64,000 nucleotides of DNA from a virus. Its lineage: Duplodnaviria; Caudoviricetes. This document shows, one piece after another, positions 57,381 through 64,000 of the stretch. Below the pieces are notes generated by a model, which searched no databases, was not told where the DNA came from, and saw only the letters and a list, made by a program, of their open reading frames with translations. Location of the stretch: positions 96,001 through 160,000 of the IMG/VR virus record IMGVR_UViG_3300028888_000053, one strand, 5' to 3'. Both the position numbers and the translations under genes were made by a program. How positions within the stretch are numbered: position 1 is the first letter of the stretch; each line of letters starts with the position of its first letter.

Positions 57381-57943
57381 GATTCCGTAGCTCAGTTGGT
57401 AGAGCACAGCACTTTAAACTAAAAGAAGAGTGCATAGGCGAGAAATCCCTATGTAGAATCTCCTAAATTCGGTGGAAATCCTTAGCCTACTAGATACAAT
57501 ACTGTTATGGGATGGCTACAGTACATTAAACAATAATGTGTAAGGACTATACCGAGCGAAAATAGTATCTCAGATAAGTCTAATTAACTTATATCGTAAG
57601 AACTGAGCAGGCGTTAAAAGTAGAGCAAATCAGATATGTCTACATACTATAATCGTGTAGAGGCCAAACGGGAGATATCTAAGTTGGAATTGTATTCCTC
57701 AATGGTAATGAGGTATCTAGCAATCGTACTAGGTAGGTGTTCAAATCACCAATACTCTTGCAAGAATTCCAATAAGATAAAGAGATGGTCCAGATCACAA
57801 CAGACACAAGTCTTTAGGCAACCTCTCTAAGAGCAGCATAAGACTATAGAGGTGATAGTGCAAGAATTCTAAAGTGTTTGGCTATGGTAACATAGTGTGA
57901 TAGGTTAATGCTGGGGTCACGAGTTCGAATCTCGTCGGAATCA
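57381..57943 (+). tRNA. tRNA-Lys(TTT) split by a group I intron; exons 57381-57414 and 57905-57943
   Basis: Spliced arm CAGCA-CT-T|TT-AA-TGCTG; GATTCCG/CGGAATC acceptor. Confidence 0.9.
57415..57904 (+). mobile_element. group I intron (490 nt, no homing ORF)
   Basis: P1 GCACTT/GAGTGC; core CGTGTAGAGGCCAAACG and GATGGTCCA; terminal G. Confidence 0.85.
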
Positions 57944-57971
57944 CTATTAACAATTTTTAATATAATTTTAC

Positions 57972-58002
57972 TTGAAATTTGGTCAAAATAGTATTATATT
58001 TG
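57972..58002 (+). promoter_or_regulatory. putative promoter TTGAAA-N17-TATATTTG
   Basis: Fits both the TTGA-N17-TATAAT motif and the Bacteroidota TAnnTTTG -7 element. Confidence 0.5.
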
Positions 58003-58157
58003 CAATCGGGATGAGGAAAGCAGCTCGTAGTTTGATTTGAATTAACAGTTTTTTTGCTTTTTTGTTTTCATATTGATTCAAATTAAACCTATGAGCTGCT
58101 GTTTTTCAGATTATATTACGCTTTAGATGTTGAATGTTAATTTAAATTATTTAATTT

Positions 58158-58748
58158 ATGAAGAAATTCATTTTTGCCGTTATGGCATTGTTGTGCATGG
58201 TTGCATGTAATCCAAAGAAGAGTGAAACTGTTCCTGTTCAAGAGGAAACACCCGTAGAATTGATCGTTGGTAATACAATCTCAACTGATCGTCAGTACAT
58301 GTTTATGAATTATGGAGGTGATTATCGTTGGTATGAGACTTGTATTACTCTTGATGATTATCTTGATAGTGAGAACTGCAACGGCTCAATTGAAAGTATT
58401 TCTAATGTTTTCCAAGTAGTTAAAGGTGATAGTACTTCTTTTGATCCATATGTAATCATGTCATCTTATACTCGTACATCAAGTAATACTGAAGTTATAT
58501 CTGGATTTTGGGTTGGTGATGAGCCTATGAATGAAGAGGAAATTAATTTAACTTTTAAAGATGCTTATGAATTCTTAATGGAAGCTAATTGTCCTAAACC
58601 TCATTCAAGACATTGTGTTCTTAGAAAAGAACTTGGACCTAAAATAGATGTGGCACCACAATACATTTTTGGCAATCAACAGTATCAAGTGTATGTTGAT
58701 GCCTTTGATGGTATTGTAACGGATCATAATCCGGCTTTTAATGAGTAA
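58158..58748 (+). CDS. lipoprotein
   Basis: MKKFIFAVMALLCMVAC signal peptide II; C-terminal VYVDAFDG. Confidence 0.75.
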   Translation: MKKFIFAVMALLCMVACNPKKSETVPVQEETPVELIVGNTISTDRQYMFMNYGGDYRWYETCITLDDYLDSENCNGSIESISNVFQVVKGDSTSFDPYVIMSSYTRTSSNTEVISGFWVGDEPMNEEEINLTFKDAYEFLMEANCPKPHSRHCVLRKELGPKIDVAPQYIFGNQQYQVYVDAFDGIVTDHNPAFNE

Positions 58749-58905
58749 TCACTTTGTTCATTAGCATAAGAGCCCTGTAGCGCGCAGGGACGTGCAGATA
58801 CATCATTGAATGTATAGTAAATCGTAACGTTACCTATCCCTTGATCTCTGAGATAGCTGCGGTTCAGTAGTTTTCCTGAAAATACGAAGAGATTATTTTT
58901 TATTT

Positions 58906-59240
58906 GCCTAGGTGATGAAAAGGTAAACATTCCAGACTTGCATGTAACTAATTTAATATCAGTTACTTAGAGTGCATTTAATCGAAAGGTTTAATGTAGA
59001 ATCTCGCTAACAAACAGAAACCTTGAATATGGTGACATATTCTTTGGCGATGGCTCACTAAATGGATATTATATCCTAAATGGCGTAGAGACTATATACG
59101 AGACACCTAAACGATAACGTATGGTGATGAAATAGTCCAGACTACAACATCTCAAGTTAGATGGCTTATTTAAAAGTAAGAGTAGTAAGAAAATCTGGTG
59201 GAACGTAGGTTCCTTGGGGGTTCGAGTCCCCTCCTGGGCA
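58906..59240 (+). tRNA. tRNA-Leu(TAA) split by a group I intron; exons 58906-58939 and 59190-59240
   Basis: Spliced arm CCAGA-CT-T|AA-AA-TCTGG; long variable arm GGAAC-GTAG-GTTCC; GCCTAGG/CCTGGGC acceptor. Confidence 0.9.
58940..59189 (+). mobile_element. group I intron (250 nt)
   Basis: Core CGTAGAGACTATATACG and AATAGTCCAGACTACAAC; ends AGAGTAGTAAG like the Arg intron. Confidence 0.88.
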
Positions 59241-59262
59241 CTATCTAATAAATACAAAGTAA

Positions 59263-59886
59263 ATGTCTACTATAAACGATATAATTAATTATTTTAATAA
59301 TCTTCCACCATTTAAATGTGTAGATGACATACCTGATATTCCATTTTTTAAGGATCGAGAATTGTACACAAATGTAATAGTTAAAAATTTAATACGTTGT
59401 GGTGCGATTCCAAAGAAAGATCTTAAAATTGGTAAAACATATCAAGGATCATGTAGAAATACAAATAAAGCTATATGGAATGGTACGGAATTTGAATATG
59501 AAAGATATAAGTTTGGTTACTTATACGAAGATGCAGTTAATCATTTTGAAGATGATGATGGTTACGATGTTTTTGTGCCGTTAAAAGAAGACTTTTAAGT
59601 TTTTCTCATAGAGAAATGTTATCATAGTTTAAATTTAAGGTGGGCTAGTCTGCGAAGATAGGCCCATCTGCTTTTTAATACATTAGATATGAAAATAAGA
59701 AAAGATCCATTCGACAATCCAGAGATTGTCATCGGCAAATTAATCCTTACATTTACAAAGAAATTGCCAAAATACAAAGAAGCATGGTATAAGAAGTGGT
59801 TTTATACTGGTAAAAACCCTCAATCATATTACGGTAGGATCATGTGGTTTACTTGGTATTATGATAAGAAAAGTTTATATGTATGA
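59263..59886 (+). CDS. two hypothetical proteins (59263-59598, 59689-59886)
   Basis: Track ORFs. Confidence 0.65.
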
Positions 59887-60025
59887 TTAAGTTTGCACAA
59901 AGAGTTTTATTGGATGTTCTTGCCCAAACAGAAAGAGCATCTAATCAGTCTGACTATTACCAAGGAAAGATTGATGGTATTAAGAGTTGTATAGCAGCCT
60001 TAGGTCGTATTGTAATTAAAAATTA

Positions 60026-60098
60026 GCCTCTTTAGCTTAGTTGGTAGAGCAACTGATTTGTACTCAGTAGGTCGTGGGTTCAACTCCTACAAGAGGCT
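60026..60098 (+). tRNA. tRNA-Thr(TGT)
   Basis: ACTGA-TT-TGT-AC-TCAGT arm; GCCTCTT/AAGAGGC acceptor. Confidence 0.9.
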
Positions 60099-60179
60099 CA
60101 TTTTATTTCTTTTTCTTTTTGTTTGATTAGAAAGGTGTCTTGATTTTAATTGGGACACCTTTCACTTTTTATTAAGATT

Positions 60180-60758
60180 ATGTCAGAAGAATTTATAAAG
60201 TTAATTCAAGAGTTAAATAGAGATAATACAGACAAGTTATTAACTACTATTAAAAAATTAGGTTTCTTTGAAGCTCCGGCTAGTGCTAATCATCACTTGA
60301 ATAAGTTTAGTGGTTTGGTAGAACATTCTATTTCTGTGTATAATTGTGCTTTGCATTTAAAAGTTATGATACAATCTATTGATCCATTTTGGAAAGCTCC
60401 AGAAGATGATTCAATACGAGTTGCAGCATTACTTCACGATGTATGTAAAGCAGATACGTATTATACAACAGTAAAGAGACAGAGAATGCAAGATGGAACA
60501 TGGAAAGATGTTCCTACTTATGGAGTTGATTATTCTCAATTACCATTAGGTCATGGAGAAAAGTCTATTTCCATTATCTTGCAATGTGGTTATCCATTAA
60601 CTAGAGAAGAGATGTTGGCTATTCGTTGGCATATGTCTTCTTTTAAATTGAATCCGTTTGATATGGAAGAGATGGGTAACTTTCGTTGTGCTTCGATAGA
60701 ACCATTGGTTTATTTAATTCAAGCAGCAGATCAATTATCAACACACTTAAACAAATAA
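60180..60758 (+). CDS. HD-domain phosphohydrolase
   Basis: FFEAPASANHH...GLVEHS...ALLHDVCK...GHGEKS...AIRWHM...QAAD. Confidence 0.9.
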   Translation: MSEEFIKLIQELNRDNTDKLLTTIKKLGFFEAPASANHHLNKFSGLVEHSISVYNCALHLKVMIQSIDPFWKAPEDDSIRVAALLHDVCKADTYYTTVKRQRMQDGTWKDVPTYGVDYSQLPLGHGEKSISIILQCGYPLTREEMLAIRWHMSSFKLNPFDMEEMGNFRCASIEPLVYLIQAADQLSTHLNK

Positions 60759-60762
60759 TATT

Positions 60763-62415
60763 ATGAACAGTAGAGTATCTAGAAGAGTTAAGTTGTATCC
60801 TGAAAAGGGAAATGGTAAACATTCTGATTTTAACTTCCATAAAGAATATGGAAATTATCAGGAGACACCTGATCGTATGACACCATCAGCTCATACGTTG
60901 TTGGTAAATCGTGCAAAAGCATTTCTTAAACATGCTGGTAGTAAAACTGTTAAACAATTGCATCTTGCAGTAGCATGAACCGAAAATCATTAAAATCCAA
61001 GTCAAAAAATCATTTGATTGGATTGATTTATGCTAAGACAGCAGAATCAAAGAAATGGTTGAAGTTATACAATCAAGCATCTAGCGAATATAATGCAGTA
61101 CTTGAAAAGTATACTGATTATCGTAAAAAATTAAACGATAAAAAACGCAAAATACAATTGTTAGAGGAAGATATTGATGATCTTAAAGCTGAAAAACGTA
61201 ATCTTCTATCAAATAGTATTAACTACAAAGCTGGGTTCTACATAATGAGTATTGCAGCACTCATATTTTTAGCTATTATTATATTTTAACTGTACTGGTG
61301 ATCTGTTATGGGTCACCAGTATTTAAATAATCAAATATGAAAAGAAAAGAAATAGATTTAGCACAATTGACTATTAGGTTTAATCATCTTCGTAGAATTA
61401 GTTTAGGAAAGAAATATTCCAATGAAGAGATGGTTAATTTATTAAAAGACGTAGGATTTGTTTATCCAACAATTGTCTTCATGTTTTTGAAGCAAGGAGG
61501 ATTTATAGACAAATATAATGTTCAGAATAGAAAACTGAATATATTTACAAGTTTAGAAATTACTCCTACTCAGTTGGCTCAGACGATTGAAAAAGCTCGT
61601 CTTTATCAAAAAGCAGCTCAGCATCCAGAGCAAGTACAACCATCGCAATGGATTTCAGTAGAATCCTTTATGCAGATATTGGCTGAAAAACTTAAAAATG
61701 CTGGAGCAGCAAGAATTGGTATCATTAGAAGTGATATCGATATCAAAGCAGTATTAACTGCATGCGGCGTTAAAGCACAAAAGATTCAATATTCATATCA
61801 GGATTTATAATCCTAAGCCTCTTGCTTATTCTCTTATGATGAAGTATAGTAATCATTGGTTAAGAATGAGATATTGACAGTAGAAACTGTAATTTCTATC
61901 TTCCCACTTATAAGATAAAGTGGATATACTTATGATTAACTTTCGTGCATTGCAGAAGAATCTTAAGTGTCAGTATGTGAATGTCGTTCTTAAAGGTGAA
62001 AAGACACGTATCGAACTATCAATAGATCGTGGTGGTCGTATCATTGATTGTACACGCGTTGGTCGCTTGTTTGATCGTATCCAGGGACGTCAACTCTTGT
62101 CCGTAATGAATGGAGTCAATAACCAAGTAATTGAGGAGATCAATGACGAGGTCAATATCATTAATGGACTACATTTCATCCCGACAATTTAAACTGCCGG
62201 ATGAATTCGTTGTTAACGTGCGCTTATATAAAGATATAATTCTAAGAATTGATTTTATAAATTTTGGAAGAGGAAGAACTCTACCAGAAGAGATTATTAA
62301 ATCATTAGGACTAGACTTATATCATATAGCGCACGTTAAAGATCAAGTCAGGTTACACTTCTTTGAATGTGATTGTTCATATGATAAGAAGAATAAACTT
62401 ATAGTTAAACATTAA
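60763..62415 (+). CDS. cluster of hypothetical proteins (60763-60978, 60975-61289 coiled coil plus C-terminal TM, 61337-61810, 61920-62192, 62131-62415)
   Basis: Track ORFs. Confidence 0.6.
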
Positions 62416-62455
62416 TGGGTCAGAGGAGTTTTTCTCCTCTGGCTTTCTATTTATT

Positions 62456-63232
62456 ATGAGACAAATTAAATTTACAAACGGTTTTTATACTAAAGGAGAG
62501 GAGTCTTTATTCCGTTATTTTACTGATGTAAGACATCTTTCTAAAAGTATCGAAGACAAGCCAGTAGAAGAAAGAACTCCAGACGAGCTTATTAAAACAC
62601 ATTTAAAATTTGCTGTTTCGGTTGCAAAAAAGTATATGCATCTTGGTATTCCTGTTGAGGATTTGGTTCAAGATGCTAACATAGCGTTAATTAATGCAGC
62701 TCATAAATTTGATCCGAGTAAGGGATTTCAATTTACATCGTATTGTGTACTTGCAATTCGTCAGTATCTTATTGATGAAATAAGACGTAATAAGTCAGGT
62801 ATCAAGTTTGGTGCTGATATGAGAAAAAAGATGAATGATTTACGTGAATTGTGTGATGACTTGACACAACGTGATGAGTATATGTATACAATTGACGAAA
62901 TTAAATCATTATATCCCGAACTATTTACAGAAGGTTTATATCGTGCATTAAACTCTGAGAACCAAATACCATCAGATAGTATAGATACTGATTTTGCAAG
63001 TGAGCCTGATAATGTTGATCAACATATTGATCAAGAATATATCAAGAAAAAATTGCATCAGCTATTACACATTCTTACTCAGAAACAACAAGAAGTAATT
63101 AAAAAGTTGTATTTCGAAGAGAAAAGTATCGAAGTTGTTGCAGGTGAACTTAACTGTACAAGAGAAAATGTTCGTATGACAAGAGAAAACGCATTACGAA
63201 CATTAAGAAAACATAAACAATTTTTAATATGA
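62456..63232 (+). CDS. sigma-70 family RNA polymerase sigma factor
   Basis: Region 2 HLKFAVSVAKKY...EDLVQDANIALINAAHKFDPSKGFQFTSY; region 4 LTQKQQEVI...VAGELNCTRENVR....ALRTLR. Confidence 0.92.
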   Translation: MRQIKFTNGFYTKGEESLFRYFTDVRHLSKSIEDKPVEERTPDELIKTHLKFAVSVAKKYMHLGIPVEDLVQDANIALINAAHKFDPSKGFQFTSYCVLAIRQYLIDEIRRNKSGIKFGADMRKKMNDLRELCDDLTQRDEYMYTIDEIKSLYPELFTEGLYRALNSENQIPSDSIDTDFASEPDNVDQHIDQEYIKKKLHQLLHILTQKQQEVIKKLYFEEKSIEVVAGELNCTRENVRMTRENALRTLRKHKQFLI

Positions 63233-63652
63233 CAATTAAAGTTTTAACTTTTAGTCGTGCTTCTGGATTATCTGAGATGGCATGTATAGAGAGTTCCGCT
63301 CAAGATGGATTTCAAATAAAAGATGCAATTAGAAGATTGGTCAATGATGATGAATTGATCCAGGAAGACGCTCCAGTAATAATTGGTACACATTCTTATG
63401 TTAGATTTATATCTGACAATTGGATTGTTACAGTAACAACGTAAGATTATGAAAGCAACAGAAATGGTTGATCAGTTACTTCAGTTAATAGATCATCATG
63501 GCGATTTTGAAGTAGTTCCTCAGGACATTACAATGGAGCCTGATGAAGAAACTGGCGTTTTTGAAGATATTGCAAGTGTAGAATCTGTAGAATATGTGGA
63601 ATTACCTATTGAAGAAGGAGTTTTTCCATGTTTTCTAATAAAAATTCAGTAA
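63229..63652 (+). CDS. two small hypothetical proteins
   Basis: Track ORFs 63229-63444 and 63449-63652. Confidence 0.6.
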
Positions 63653-64000
63653 TATGAAAATTTTTAAAAGGTATGAATTTACTGGTCCTCAGGGTAAACG
63701 TTGGACCGAATGGTTTGAATTTGATACAGCCTTAACTGTTGACGAGGCAAACATGAAAATTGAGGAAGCTAAGAGTTTGAATGCGGGAAGAAATGAAGAA
63801 TATGTAATACGATGATTAAGTTTGTTGTCATTATATCATTACTCATTTTCTTTGCACTTTTAGCATTAATTATTCATTATTATGGTCGCCAATAGTGTAT
63901 ATGTTGTAAAAGTATGGGGTAAGTATGTAATGCAATTTACTCCTGCTTTTATAACATTAGATTTTGAGAAAGCATTAGATTATTACTCTAACTTTATCTT

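Noticed and set aside
57636-57830. Track ORF inside the Lys intron as a homing endonuclease
   Set aside because: Only 64 aa, no nuclease motif, and it overlaps the ribozyme core.

Overview
A 64-kb segment of an AT-rich Bacteroidota phage of the crAss-like (Crassvirales) type that uses two genetic codes. About 1-28.4 kb holds late genes, mostly on the minus strand, in which TAG is read as Gln. The short ORF fragments in the supplied track join into intact genes: portal 1598-3790, terminase large subunit 5111-7408, a GroES-like protein, a PD-(D/E)XK nuclease, holin-like proteins, an M15 peptidase and a DUF4422 glycosyltransferase. A Gln-type amber suppressor tRNA(CUA) lies at 14815-14890. About 28.7-64 kb holds plus-strand early/accessory genes in which TAG is a stop: an AcrIII-1-like ring nuclease, an alpha-CTD mimic, radical SAM, glf, a GT2-Stealth fusion, an HD hydrolase, a sigma factor and many small paralogous ORFs. 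This arm also has a large structured ncRNA, an origin-like module (SF2 helicase-like gene flanked by two repeat arrays) and tRNAs, three of them split by group I introns. The main candidate for an undescribed system is a 13-kb tandem array (15474-28371) of ten TAG-recoded genes, nine of which share an N-terminal leader MKKL(I/L)(P/K)K(H/G/A)QxG(G). The leader is fused to unrelated payloads: T4-type lysozyme, HD hydrolase, nucleotidyltransferase-like, zincin and ART-like domains. It also recurs at internal domain junctions. This looks like a tag-addressed, shufflable set of virion cargo or effector proteins. All read-through translations were done by hand and domain calls are motif-level, with no database search.
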